From positions 10,790,001-10,854,000 of the forward strand of contig NC_087250.1 in the NCBI RefSeq assembly GCF_037042905.1: a DNA stretch of 64,000 nucleotides, read 5' to 3'. The stretch is from Lytechinus pictus (Eukaryota). The notes under the pieces are model-generated. The model made no database searches and was not told the origin of the DNA. It saw only the letters and a list, made by a program, of their open reading frames with translations. Positions 13,479-26,394 of the stretch are shown here, piece after piece. Position numbers and translations under genes: made by a program. The stretch's first letter is position 1; the number at the start of each line of letters is the position of its first letter.

Positions 13479-15594
13479 CTGGGGAATAAAAACAATACAT
13501 ATGAACCGGTATAAGCAAAAAAAAAAAAAAAATTGCAAAACATTAAAGCAGCGGGATTTCATGAATAAGCCCCCCCCAAAAAAAAATATATATATAATAA
13601 TAATAATAATGTTCATTAAAAAACACTAAAATATATATTGTTAATGTGTAAAGTATTTCAATACCCCCTCTCTCACTCTGTTAAGTTAGTCGCTGTTTAG
13701 GACAGGGACCAATTGCCTATTTCAAGTAGTACAGGTATTGAAATAAAAACATAGGAGGAAAACAAAATGAGGAAAGGATACATATAGGCCCGATAGAAAA
13801 TTGGCTAAACCTTGTTTTTTCATTTATAAAATATTTTTGATTGGTTCTTGTAAATTCGAGGGTGCTGATACACGAATCTGAATGATGCCACTCGTGTAAC
13901 TTTAAGCATTTTCTGCAAATCGGCAAAATTCAATATGGCCGCCAAAATATGGAAATTACCCATGAAAATAATAAAATTGCCCGCATATGGGCTATAAAAT
14001 GATTGAAATCGCGTGGCAGGAGTGACATACTCTTTGAAAAAATGATTTTTGACAAAATATTGAATTTCTTGAAATTCAAAATGGCCGACTTCGGCCCTTG
14101 TATACTTTATTATGTACAATATGAATAGGGAAAAATAATGTTCATAAAAATGAACACTAAACTGAAAAATTGTGATCTATAAACGAAGTAATGTATGAAA
14201 ATCATGATTACTAACGTAATATATTATACATACCAGGCTTTGAGTAAGTATAGCGGGAAGTATTTTTTCGAGGTTTGACTGGCATATTTTGTTTTATATT
14301 GTACATTTAATATGGTAGAACAATAGTCTATACTCTTGTACAAGTGGCTATCCTTCTTTAATCTGAACTTAAATACAACGCGCTGCGCTGAATAATCTAC
14401 CTTTCCCGAAACCACGTGCTAAGCGTAACGCGGATTTGTGCCTGCATCGTCCCTTGACGGGACCGGTGCGCCCGAGAGATTGATTGATCTGCGTCAATGA
14501 TCGATGACGTCAATGATAGAATAGTCGACTATTCCATCATTCACGTCACGGAATAACACATTTTCTTGGGTGGGCGTTTCATTTTCGACATCATCGCAAA
14601 CTAGTTAGAATGTGTTAGGTCACATGATAATATTTAAACCAATCAGCATACATGTACATGATTTAATTTATGTAGGATATTACATTTATTATCATACATG
14701 GGAAAATTGCTTCATTTCGATTTTCAAAAAAGACGCAATGGGGGCCGAAAAAATCATATTAAAAGAGTGAGCAATAAAAAGGATATTATTAAGATAAACG
14801 AGTGGAATACTGACTAAAACATAATTATTAACAAAATATATTATTTAATATGCCATTTATTTGATAAATGCTGTATTTTGACATTCAAAATGACCGCAGT
14901 AGGCCCTATGTTAATTATGTACTATGCGAATAGAGAAACTAACTTTCAGAAAATGCATGAAAATGTGATCTATGAGTAAAATATTGTTTTAAAACATTTT
15001 TTCAAGCAATACTTATTTCTTTTGTCACGCATGAGATAAACGCTGTATTGTGAATTTCAAAACGGCCCCTATACAGTGCGAATACAAAAAACGGGACAGA
15101 TTTGAACAGTATACAAAATTTTGGTTTCAAATTATGATGTCTATATTTCGGTATTAATAGGTGGTCTGAAGTCTAATCTTTGAAATGCCATCAAACAAAT
15201 TTAGTTTCGTTCATGCTTGAGCGAACACGGAATGTTTTTGTCTGGGGTTAAAAAGGAGGCTTGCGCCAAAATGGCATAAAATTATAAATATGATGATCGG
15301 ATTTTCAAATCTGTTTATTTGCTTAAATTGTTCTGTTGTTGTTTCTTTTTAATATGTTCTCTTTTAGCTTTCAGTATTCCTTCTTTAAGCAAAAAAATTA
15401 TTTTTTTCAAAGTATGGGAGAGCGTGTATTTTTTTTCAAATGCTTTCATTGTGTGCTACAAAGGTTTTGGTGCCTATGAACAGTGGAATACAGATGGGCG
15501 GGGCTCGGGGTGTTCCCCCAATTACAAAAAAAGTGGAAAGGAAATCAAATGAAAGATAGAAAGTGAAACATGATTTATTTTCGGAATATTATGT

Positions 15595-17538
15595 AACAAG
15601 TGGAATGCCTCTGGCTGTCTCACCTGCATCATGCGATTCAATATAGCAGCAGTGCTGACTTTGAAAACTACTATAAAATTATTATTCACAAAAAACACAA
15701 TTTATATAATGATACAATGCTACGTTCATTGAGATTTGACCTTAAACTTGTCAGTGATACTTGATTACCCCTATATCCACATTTTATACACTATATCTTT
15801 AAACTTTGAAAGTTATGACAGCAATCTAATAATTACCTCTAAAATTGCCGAAGTTTAATGACCTTAAGTGACCTTTGACTTTGGTCATGTGACCTGAAAC
15901 TCGCATGAGATGTTCAGTGATACTAGATGACTCTTATGTCCAAGTTTTATGAACTAGACCAATATATTTATACAGAGTTATAATGGTAATTCAACAAATA
16001 ACCCCAACATGGCCAAAGTCCTTGACCTTTGACGTTGGTCAAGTGACCTGAAATTCGCACAGGATGTTTAGTGATACTTGATTACTCTTATGTTCAAGTT
16101 TTATGAACTAGACCAATAAACTTTCAAAGTTATCATGGTAATTCAACAAATACCCCCAACTTGGCCAAAGTTCATTGACCTTACATGACATTTGACCTTA
16201 ATCATGTGACCTGAAACTCACACAGGATGTTCAGTGATACTTGATTACTCTTATGACCAAGTTTCATGAATCAGATCCATTAACTTTCGAAGTAATGATG
16301 GCAATTCAACATATACCCCATTATGGCCAAAGTTCATTGACCTTTGAGCTTGGTCATGTGAAACTCGGACGGGATGTTCAAAGATACTTGATTACTCTTA
16401 TGTCCAAGTTTCATGAATCAGATCCATAAAGTTTCAAAGTTATGGTGGTAATTCAGCAAATGTCCCACATGGCCAAAGTTCATTGACCTTTGACGTTGGT
16501 CATGTGACCTGAAATTCGCACAGGATGTTTAGTAATACTTGATAACTCTTATGTTTAAGTTTCATGAATCAAATCCATAAATATTCAAAGTTATGATGGT
16601 AATTCAACATATATCCCCAAATTGGCCAAAGTTCAATGACCTTACATGACCTCTGAGCTTGATCATGTGACCTGAAACTCACACAGGTTGTTCAGAGATA
16701 CTTGATTACTCCTATAGCTAAGTTTCATGAATCAGATATATAAACTTTCGAAGTAATGATGGCAATTCAACATATACCCCATTATGGCCGAAGTTCATTG
16801 ACCTTTGACCTTGGCCATGTAAAACTCGGACGGGATGTTCAAAGATACTTAATTACTCTTATGTCCAAATTTCATTAATCAGATCCAAAAAACTTTCAAA
16901 GTTATGACGGTAATTCAAAAGATACCCCCCACACGACCAAAGTTCATTGACCTTTGACGTTGGTCATGTGACCTGAAATTCGCACAGGATGTTTAGTGAT
17001 ACTTGATTACTCTTATGTCCAAGTTTCATGAATCAGATCCATAAACATTCAAAGTTATGATGGTAATTCAACATATATCCCGAATTTGGCCAAAGTTCAT
17101 TAACCCTAAATGACACCTGGCCTTGGTACGTGACGTGTAACTCAAGCAGGATGTTTAGTAATACTTGATTAACCTTATCTCTAAGTTTCATGAACTAGGT
17201 ATATATATTTTCTAAGTTATGATGACATTTCAAAAACGTAACCTTAGGTTAAGATTTTGATGTTTATTCCCCGAACAAGGTCAAGTTTATTGACCCTAAA
17301 TGACCTTTGACCTTAGTCATGTGACCTGAAACTCAAGCAGAATGTTTAACAATACTTGATTAAACTTATGGCTAAGTTTCATGAGCCAGGTCTATATACT
17401 TTTCAAGTTATGTCTTCATTTCAAAAACTTAACCTTCGGTTAAGATTTGGTGTTGACGCCGCCGCCGCCGTCGGAAAAGCGGCGCCCATTGTCTCACTTT
17501 GCTATGCAATCTCATTCTGCTATGCAGGTGAGACAAAA
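15595..17538 (+). mobile_element. Helentron/HINE-like element carrying a ~150-160-bp satellite array
   Basis: Starts AACAAG. Subterminal inverted repeat gtctcacctgcat (15617-15629) / atgcaggtgagac (17522-17534). About 10 tandem units (gacctttgac...catgtgacctgaaactc...gatacttgattactcttatgtccaagtttcatgaa), a (GCC)n tract and a 3' hairpin. Confidence 0.8.
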
Positions 17539-17943
17539 TCTATCACAAAAATTGATATTTTACCCCAAAAAAATGAAATTTTTACCTGCTCGCTTCGCTC
17601 GCTCACAATACATTTCATCCGATCTGCTATGTCTAGCTCCTTCAAAATTGATTCAATACACCACTGCCATTGAAAAACATGAACCCTTTCCTGTTTGTCC
17701 TGTCAAGCAAACAATTAAACTTGGTCAAGGAATCAATAACCCCTTGAAATAGGATTCATGTTTTTAAAGGTACCATAACATAATTTGTTTTAGGTAATAA
17801 AATACGATTTGAATAATTACAAGTTCTCTCAATTAATAATGCAAATCTTCTTGCTTCGGTTGACAAAAGTCTTCTTACTTATGAAGGAAAATTCAAAGGC
17901 TAAAGAAATATTTTAATGAAAAAACAAACAAAATAATCAAAAT

Positions 17944-18233
17944 ACCGACGAAATTCAGGGATTTTTTTTCATATAAAAATAAATGTACGAAAAAAAATAT
18001 TTTTGTCATTACGACTAACACTTGGCTGAATCAAATATTTGAGATAAATGAAAATGAAATGTAAAACTAAAAGATAAACCAGCTAGCTTGCATGCACCGC
18101 GGAAATAAATTCCTTTCATTTCCGTGGCTTGCACATGCAGCTCTTGTTTACAAGCTAAATATAGCTAGCTAGCTGGTTGATCTTTATCGTACATTTATTC
18201 TTATATGAAAAAAAATCCCCGAATTTCGTCGGT
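17944..18233. mobile_element. Short palindromic MITE
   Basis: accgacgaaattc.ggga(t)n catata..aataaatgtacga / tcgtacatttattcttatatg(a)n tccccgaatttcgtcggt inverted ends. Confidence 0.7.
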
Positions 18234-20068
18234 CAGAATAATGATATCGAAATTCAAACAGAACGAGCGATCGAGTATCCATCCCACAGTTTATTTTCTC
18301 GTCGGTGCATATATCGTCTGCTGCTACTCATCATGAATTAATTTGGATACATACATTAATTGGTTCGGACATATCATTTTACTTGTTTGTAAGTTAATGC
18401 AATCACTATTTTAATTATTACATTTCGAAGTTGTTAAGTGAGAGAAGAGACTCTGTATCGTGGACCTTTTCCATTTTTTGGCCTGGCGTTTGGGTGGTAC
18501 GTGCACCGTGCAGGTGCAAAGTAATGTGAGTTGACTAACAACAGTTCACGTTCATTCCACTCTCCATCACCGGCGCAATTCCCCTAATTTTCCTTCTTCC
18601 ATGTCGCTTTGATGTTAACTAGAGCTAGAATCTTCATCATCAATATCTTCTTCTTCAACAACATTTCTTTCGAAATCCAAATCTAGATATAACTTATGTG
18701 TTTTCTTCCATTTCATGATCGAACTCCTCAGTGACAGTGTGGAGAAATCGCACGGACACTGGCATTTGCAGTATAGGTTTTGCATGCTAGTGGAGCTTGA
18801 CATGTGAGAGCCAATCACGTCTATCGTACAGACATACACGCCATCAAATTCGAGTCAATTCAGAGACCGATGCGAGACATATTTCAGGGAGGCATTTCAG
18901 CGCTTTTTAATTGGCGATTTCTACCTTGTGTACTATTTTTGTTATTTTCAAATGACCTAATGATAATCCCCACATCATTACCTTTCCATTGATATAAGGC
19001 CATATGTTTGAATTAATATATTTCTCCTTTAATTTATAGCATTTTGTCTGCAATGTAGGTGATCAATATCACTTTGTCATTCAAATTAGCTGGTACAAAC
19101 CCTTATTAAATTATGTAACATGTGTATAGGGAAACTGATTTTAACAAGAGTAAGAATCGTAAAATGCATGTAACTGTGATTTACCATTAAATATTGTAAT
19201 GAACATGATTTCTAATTTAATACATCAAATATTGGTCATGGAGGTAAAAAATGCTGTACTTTGAAATTCAAAATGGCTGCCGTAGGTCATAAAACTATTA
19301 TGTACATTGTAACTTGCGACATATATTTTTAAAAGAATTCGGTTTTGTTGACTATAAATATTGCATTTAATTGTGATGTAAAGGTGACACCATGGTGTCC
19401 AACGAGATATCATATCTTGTGTAATAAAGGGCATAAATGATTGAAAATGGTCACCATAGGTCCTTATCGTATTATGTACAATTTGAATTGGGACAAATAA
19501 TTTTCACAAAAGTGCATATGGCGGTCATTTTTAATGTTGTAATATACCATTTATCATCTTAATTGCCCAAGATATGATACGTTTTGTTAGAAATCATGTT
19601 TTCAGACAATATTTCACTCATAAAACACCATCTAGTCAAGCAAAGCCAAAATATGTTAAAATCATTTTTCTCAATTCACATTGTACATAATACCGTAAGG
19701 GCCTCTAGCGGCCATTTTGACTTTCAAAATACAGTACTTATCACCTACCTCACAGACAAAAAAATCATACATCTTGTAAGAAATTATGCTTTCAGACATT
19801 ATTTTACTCATGGATCACTATTAGGTGCATCAATGGTACTCACTCCTGTAAATATTTGTTTCCAACTTCTCATTGAACATACAGTCAACGTCTATAGCGG
19901 CCATTTTGAAATTCAAACTACAGTATTTAACACAAACTTGAAACCTGAATGATATATTTCGTTAAAATCATGTGTTTTAGACAGTATCCAATTTATTTAT
20001 CACAAATTCATTCATTAAGTGCTCACTCTTCTGATTTATTTTTGTCCTCTTTCTCATTGTACATTGTA

Positions 20069-20683
20069 CGATCCGATTGACCGTCAGATAGACATATTTT
20101 CGACACTATACCAATTATAATTTCATGTGTCGGGTGAAGGTGGGTTTTGAACAATGACAAGCCGCCATGCCTCAGCTGGATCAAAGGTATTGCTTTGATA
20201 CAGTACACGTATGGGAGAAAGTATACAAATGTGTGAAGTTATACATGTACAACAGCTTTGGCAACTCTTTTATTTAAATATTGTGTGAAAGAAATGGATA
20301 AAGAGAACAATAATAGGCGTAGCTTAAATCAAGGTTCCCCAGAGCTATCTATATCCTTTGGAAAAATTGGTGATGCCGAAAAAATGTCTCTGCCGGGAAT
20401 ATAACCCGGGCCCCCAGCTTTGAACGCCGGTGCCTTAACCCCTAGATCACAGAGACGGGTTAGTGGCTAGGGCGACCCCGATCCGATTGACCGTCAGATA
20501 GACATATTTTCGACACTATACCAATTATAATTTTCTGTATCGGGTGAAGGTGGGTTTTGAACAATGAAAAGCCGCCATGCCTCAGCTGGATCAAAGCTAT
20601 TGCTTTGATACAGTACACGTATGGGAGAAAGTATACAAATGTTTGAAGTTATACATGTACAACAGTTTTGGCAAGTCTTTTAT
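20069..20683 (-). repeat. tRNA-containing ~410-bp satellite, array 1 (1.5 units)
   Basis: cgatccgattgaccgtcagata recurs at 20069 and 20479; same unit as 48150-49413. Confidence 0.9.
20385..20456 (-). pseudogene. tRNA-like cloverleaf in a satellite unit (anticodon position TCA; B box mutated to TTATATT)
   Basis: GTCTCTG/CAGAGAC acceptor stem, CCGGC-GTTCAAA-GCTGG anticodon arm, CCGGG/CCCGG T stem, followed by T6. Confidence 0.75.
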
Positions 20684-20743
20684 TGTTATTTTGTTATGGC
20701 CCTAACATCATCGGACTTAAAATTAATAGCCTGACCGGTCTCA

Positions 20744-21054
20744 GCGGTGTGTACTTTTGCACTTTTTCCAACCATGCCCCTCGTAATCTTCTTGGGTCGT
20801 GTGAGTGAGAAAACGAGTGAGACACTGAGTGCATTCGAACATGATACCTTTCTTGTGAACCTCTTTTACATGCTTATGGATAGTTCTAAGGGTAATGTAA
20901 TGAAGTCTTTCTTGCAACATGGACAGCTATAAACATCCTTTATTCCCTTAATAAGAATAAGATTGTGGACCGGAGTCCGAAAATCTTGGAAGTCAATGAG
21001 GTCCTCAGCATCCGATTCCTCTGACGGGGTATTGGATGCAAGTGTTCTTTCCAC
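20744..21054 (-). pseudogene. Frameshifted C2H2 + CCHC-like zinc-finger coding fragment
   Basis: Removing a 5-bp duplication (ATTAC ATTAC) restores YSCPCCKKDFITLRTIHKHVKEVH-KKGIMFECTQCLTRFLTH...GHGWKKC. Confidence 0.6.
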
Positions 21055-21153
21055 CGAAAATCGGTTGTTATGGCCGTAACATCAGCGGACCTAAAATTAA
21101 TAGCCTGACCGCTGGGGATGTACATATACATATATATTATTTTACATGCTTAT

Positions 21154-21204
<51 letters not shown>

Positions 21205-21456
21205 TATATATATATACATATATTATATATACATAATATTTTGTCAAAAATCATTTTTCAGAGTATTTTACTCCTGCCACACAATTTTATGTATTTTATA
21301 GCCTATGTGGGGGGAATTTTAATTAACAAGAAACCAAAACAAATATTGTATTTATGAAAAAACAAGGTTATGCCTCTTCTATACTGGACTGAAAATGGGA
21401 GTCGTACGATTCATTTAAGAGACATAGGGCTTCATGAAGATATCCATGAAAATTAC

Positions 21457-21507
21457 CTGCAAATAGGGCTTGGCGTTCTGGTCCCATCCCTGCGCCTAGC
21501 CCACGAT
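21457..21507 (-). CDS. ROCO gene linker mini-exon (DRGLGAGMGPERQALFA)
   Basis: ccgtag|AT acceptor and GCAG|gtaatt donor; 51 nt, phase 1-1, after a 97-nt intron. A GC-rich island in AT-rich DNA. Confidence 0.7.
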
Positions 21508-21604
21508 CTACGGTTTGAAATACCATGCTTTAATTAATGCATTGACAAAAATTCTATCGAAAGTGATAGAAACAATTGCGATAACTTAAACAATAATTTC
21601 ATAC

Positions 21605-21830
21605 CTTCTGAATGCTTGTTGAATGCCTTCACGATACGACCCACATTTTCTGCACAGAGATTAATGCAAGTTCCCTTTTCCTTCTTTTCTTCCAGGATAC
21701 GTCTCATGTGAATGAACCCCTTCTTGCCGAATTTGGTACACCGTGTGCAGGGGATCCCGATAGAATATTCAATTCCTCTTGCCCAGAGCCTTTGGAGGCT
21801 TTTCAACGATTCATGTAGATGGTTAATAAC
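21605..21830 (-). CDS. ROCO gene exon, end of COR with CxxC (VINHLHESLKSLQRLWARGIEYSIGIPCTRC...NKHSE)
   Basis: tatcattcag|GTT acceptor and GAAG|gtatga donor; 226 nt, phase 0-1. 'W..G+.Y...IPC..C' is typical of the COR C-terminus. Overlaps ORF 21534..21806. Confidence 0.88.
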
Positions 21831-22329
21831 CTGAATGATAAAGTTTGCTAATTAATGTTACAAACAGTTCGTATAGAAAATCAATGAATGCAGCCATTGT
21901 ACCAACGAGCAACAGGGGTTTTCGTGCCCCGGGCACAACTTTTGGGGGCTCAAAACATAAAAATAGGGGATAAAAAGATAAAAAAAATATATAATGGAGA
22001 GAAAGACAAGTATACGTTTATGGCATAAGAAGAGTGGAAAACTTGGAAAATTGAAAAAAAAAATCACGTTGTTATATAACAAAAAATGTTCTCTCGCACT
22101 TCGAGCTCGCATAGGTTTGAAATATCCAGTTTTTATGTCAATTTAAAGAACATATCGAAGTTCGCATATCGAACTTTCATTATTACGTTTGATATACACC
22201 TTCACAAAAACTGCCAAAAAAAAGTTTTACGACTTAAGGTCTGAATATCAAATATATATATATTACACTTAGTACTAGTTAAAAGAGACGCAGTTTTAGC
22301 TCTAGCCCCGAGAGCTGTTTTTCCTAGAT

Positions 22330-23254
22330 TTTTTCTTTAAATAATTTTATTCATCAAAATATCAACATATATACAATATTTACATACACTCAGTACATGT
22401 AATACACATACCATGCATTCAGTAAAATACTACACCCAAACGCTTATACATAATATAAAACTTTAACTAAGAACATCAACAAAAGTAAACAGTCAAGTGT
22501 AAAACTACCACGGTAACAAGTTGGCACCTTTGTATAAAGCCTATTTCGACGAAAAGGCCCTCCCCCACCATTACTCTAAGCCATGTGATGTACTCACTCC
22601 CTTTCAAACTACCCGCTTATGAATTAAGGCTTGCACACTTGCCAATCTCTAAAATTTATTACTTTCCCTTTAAACCCAAAGCCCCGACCAGGACTGCCAA
22701 GGATAATGGGCCATTCAGCCAATTATGTGACATTCTTGCAATTTCTGAGATGCCATAAAAACATATTGTGAGGTCATGATAACTCACACAAAGTATATTC
22801 TAACTTTACCCCCTTCTATTGAACATAATCTTGACCCTTTTACCCACAGCTTTTCAAACTGTCTCCTAGTTATTCTGTTAAAATCTATCTCTAATCTTAC
22901 TCTTATCTCATTTTTAATTCTCAAAATTAACCCGTCATCTGTTATTCTTTCCTTCGAAAACAAAAACCCGCATCGCTTAGCCCAAATAGCATTTTTTACA
23001 ACGGTAAAAACAAACCAGGTTCGAGGCCAAGTGACCACATTCAAATTTAAATTAGGGAATCCATAAACAAACAATGATTTAACTAATGCGTGATCAAAAC
23101 CCAAATGACGATTTGCAAAATCGTCGACCCAGTCAAGAATTTTACTCAAAGACTTACATTCCCAGAACACATGAAATATATTTTCTAGTTTCCTAGATAC
23201 GCAACTGCTCTTTGACGAGGGTCCTTGAACAGACTGAAAGTGAAGTAAAAACAC
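22330..23254 (-). mobile_element. 3' end of a Tx1/L1-clade LINE (C-terminal zinc-binding region, 3' UTR, A-rich tail)
   Basis: ORF 22784..23254 with ENIFHVFWEC and K.AIW..R motifs; AATAAA and an A-rich end near 22330-22352 on the minus strand. Confidence 0.8.
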
Positions 23255-24108
23255 ATCTCATATAGCCGGGAGGTTTTTAGCAAAAGTTGGTGAACCGCAG
23301 CAGCAGTTTTGTCGGAGAGGTCTAAAAATTGCAAATACGTCATTTGTCCAGAGTTTTATGAAGAAACCGGTGTTATTATTCCCCCATAAAAAAAAATTTC
23401 GTGGTTGTTCTATTTTCTGAAGATCATTTGAAGATCCCTTTCATTTACTTCTTAAATGTTCTGTACGTCATCGATCAAACATATCTTAATCTCATCAGGG
23501 GCCGCGAAACCGGAATTCGAAAATTGATTTTCGGCCTATCTTTCCTGGTTAATATCCAATTCGTCCAATTGCAAACTCGTCTACTCTCGTTTTGTCTACT
23601 ATCAGTTCGTCCACTATTCACATGGTCTAATTGCCAAATCGTCCACCCATCATTTCGTCTAATGACCAGTTAGTTCAATAGCCATTTAGTCCTTATACCA
23701 TTTGGTCTAATTGGACTCAGTGTGTATTGTGCAAAATGAATGAACATGAAGTGGATAATAACTGGTTTTGAGACGAATCGGTCATAGACGAAATGGTGAT
23801 GAAGTGATGACTGGACCAAATGGTTAATAATAATAATATTGATAATGATCATAGGCATTTATATAGCGCGTCTATCTAGAAATATTATATTCCGAGGCGC
23901 ATAAGAAAACAGAGAATTTGGATGAGTGTCAAAGTGCCAATACCTAATACTGTTAGAAAAGATAATACTTCAGCTTAGATTTAAAAGTCTCCAGTGATGG
24001 TATACGGCAGATTATTGCAGAGAGAAGGTGTTGAGGTAGAGAAAACTCTCGCACCATATGCTACACGTGTCATGGGAGTCTTAAGAAGTTGCTGGTGTGA
24101 TGGTCCTA

Positions 24109-25474
24109 CACACAAAAAACGAGAACTATTTTCCATGAGTAAAATTGTTTTTTACATAAAGAATTAAGTGCATAAATTCGTAACGTATGTGTTTTTACTC
24201 GAGAATCTGGGTTTTTGTTACACCTGATCTTTTTTTCAAGGACATTACTTATTAACTACTTTTCTTGAGTATCCCTGTCAGTGAAAGTATGTAAAACAAT
24301 CCGTACAAATGAGTTTTTCTTCAAGTTTGTAAGGTATGATAGCAGAACGGGTGAAAAAACTCACAGCCAGGTAAAGCGATAATCTGACGATTAACTGCGC
24401 TGAGAAAATGAGTAGTATATGACTCTTGTATGTGAGTTTTGGGGTGTTGAGATCATGCATCCAAGTAATTTTACTCGGATCTCGCGTTAATTGCTTGCGC
24501 GCACACGTGATACCGGCCAAATGTGCAGAGCATGAAGACTTTTCTGGTAAGTTCTACATGTCTTTTTATTTATTTCCCCCCTTTTCTTCTATAATTACTT
24601 TTCTTGACAATAATAGCTTAGACCTACATGTATGGGGCAAACATAAATGCTATTTATGGTGACAACAGGGTGCATTGATCTACATTCTCATCCATCCGAG
24701 GCTCACGCCTCTCGGTTTGGGTAACCACACACCAGCCTGTTGTTGCGCCGCTACCCCGGGGCCAGAAGGGAGTGAAGGCCAGTGTGCCGCTACGATTGCT
24801 GGAGTCATTTATGAGGAGGGCAAATAAGTGACATCGTCCATGATTTATGTAATCATAGGCGTGAGCCTCGGATGGATGAGAATGTAGATCAATGCACCCT
24901 GTTGTCACCATAAATAGCATTTATGTTTGCCCCATACATGTAGGTCTAAGCTATTATTGTCAAGAAAAGTAATTATAGAAGAAAAGGGGGAAAATAAATA
25001 AAAAGACATGTAGAACTTACCAGAAAAGTCTTCATGCTCTGCACATTTGGCCGGTATCACGTGTGCGCGCAAGCAATTAACGCGAGATCCGAGTAAAATT
25101 ACTTGGATGCATGATCTCAACACCCCAAAACTCACATACAAGAGTCATATACTACTCATTTTCTCAGCGCAGTTAATCGTCAGATTATCGCTAAAACTAA
25201 TCAAGTGTGTAATATGCTCACATACTCAAAAAGTCAGTAAATATACTTTAAACATACTCATTACACTGGGTTAAGTTACTCATTAGATTGAGTTATTCAA
25301 ATTTACTCACTTGATGTGTCACTATAGTGTCAAATGAAATATACTCGACAAGATGAGTTTTCAAAGTACCTTCATTGAGTGAAAGTACTCATCAAAGTAT
25401 GTCGCTATAGTGTCAAAATTATTTTGACATTTGAGTACGATTACTAACACATGCAAGTTTCTGTTTTTTGTGTG
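24109..25474. mobile_element. CACTA/CMC-like non-autonomous element with TA TSD
   Basis: TA|CACACAAAAAAC ... GTTTTTTGTGTG|TA; many tgagta/tactca motifs inside. Confidence 0.7.
24375..25192. repeat. Near-perfect 336-bp inverted repeat with a 146-bp spacer
   Basis: 24375-24710 is the reverse complement of 24857-25192; the mirrored ORFs in the track differ at one residue (FPPF/FSPF). Confidence 0.95.
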
Positions 25475-26319
25475 TAGGCTACGAGTTGGTGTCTTATGCA
25501 TGGTTGTTAGTCGAAATGTTGATGGACGGAAAGGCATTAAACTAGACAGTGTGGTGAGTGGACGAGTTAGCAGTAGACGAATTGGTAATTTACCCCTTTC
25601 CGTACCATATTTATGCCCTTCTGAAATCTACAAATTAGGCTAAAAGAATTTGACCTATATTTTGCTAAGAGTTTTGCCTAAATTTGTATCAAACAAAAAA
25701 TGTCATATTAAGCTCTTGCCCACAATTGTTGACAGTCCAGCACGCAACTTTGTCGTTGAAAGCGCAACGGTTATCCCATTACCGCCACGTTGACGAGGTA
25801 CTCGAGTTACGAATACTATTAATGCAAATTCATGAAGTGCATTCTTCAACGGAACAAACCCTACTCTGTCGCTGGGGCTAAAATATATTTTAAAAAGCAA
25901 TGTAGGTACTGGGATGGGGGTGAGGGAAGGGGGAGAAGTGTTCTACGGGGACTTGTAGCGTGTACGAAAAATGACAGTAAATTGTTATTTCATGTTAAGC
26001 TCCCCCCTTCCTTTCTAAATCTCTCTACGGCCCATGTTATTGTTACGTTCTAGGAAATTGGTGTCATACGACTCTAAACTTTATAACGTTCATGGGTGAG
26101 CGATTATCACTGTCGGTATTTGTTCGAAAGCTGTCCACAAAAAAAAAAACATAGCACAAATCGCATTTGATTTCAAAGCAAATTATATATGTTGACTAAC
26201 CAAACAAAAACATATCCAACAGGAAATGGTATAAAGTTATTTGGGAAAATACTATTTCAGTGTATAATGCTTACCATTATTATGTGTATTGATATGAATA
26301 AGTAATGGGTCATACTTAC

Positions 26320-26394
26320 ATCCTCATTCAGGCTGACCATTGCTTTGGGGCGTGCGCCTTCTTCATTGTCAGGCACTATTGTATATATTGTGAC
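26320..26394 (-). CDS. ROCO gene exon (VTIYTIVPDNEEGARPKAMVSLNED)
   Basis: tgtttgtgtattttag|GTC acceptor and GAT|gtaagt donor; 75 nt, phase 0-0, open frame. Confidence 0.75.

Larger units (their letters stand above)
23547..25594. mobile_element. Outer MITE with short tandem subterminal repeats, interrupted by later insertions
   Basis: ggttaatatccaattcgtccaattgc ... gcagtagacgaattggtaatttacc imperfect TIRs; TSD not resolved. Contains a minus-strand retroelement tail (23826-24100) and the 24109-25474 element. Confidence 0.55.

Noticed and set aside
13163..13489. Plus-strand 108-aa ORF
   Set aside because: Antisense shadow of the death-domain exon.
18615..18839. Acidic minus-strand ORF as an additional ROCO exon
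   Set aside because: I found no convincing phase-1 splice pair and stops follow directly; more likely a decayed transposon segment.
20385..20456. Functional opal suppressor or selenocysteine tRNA (anticodon TCA)
   Set aside because: A and B boxes are mutated, position 32 is G, there is no long variable arm or extended acceptor stem as in tRNA-Sec, and sister copies read TCC or TCT.
24278..25274. Paired near-identical ORFs on opposite strands
   Set aside because: A by-product of the 336-bp inverted repeat; no domain motifs or splice support.
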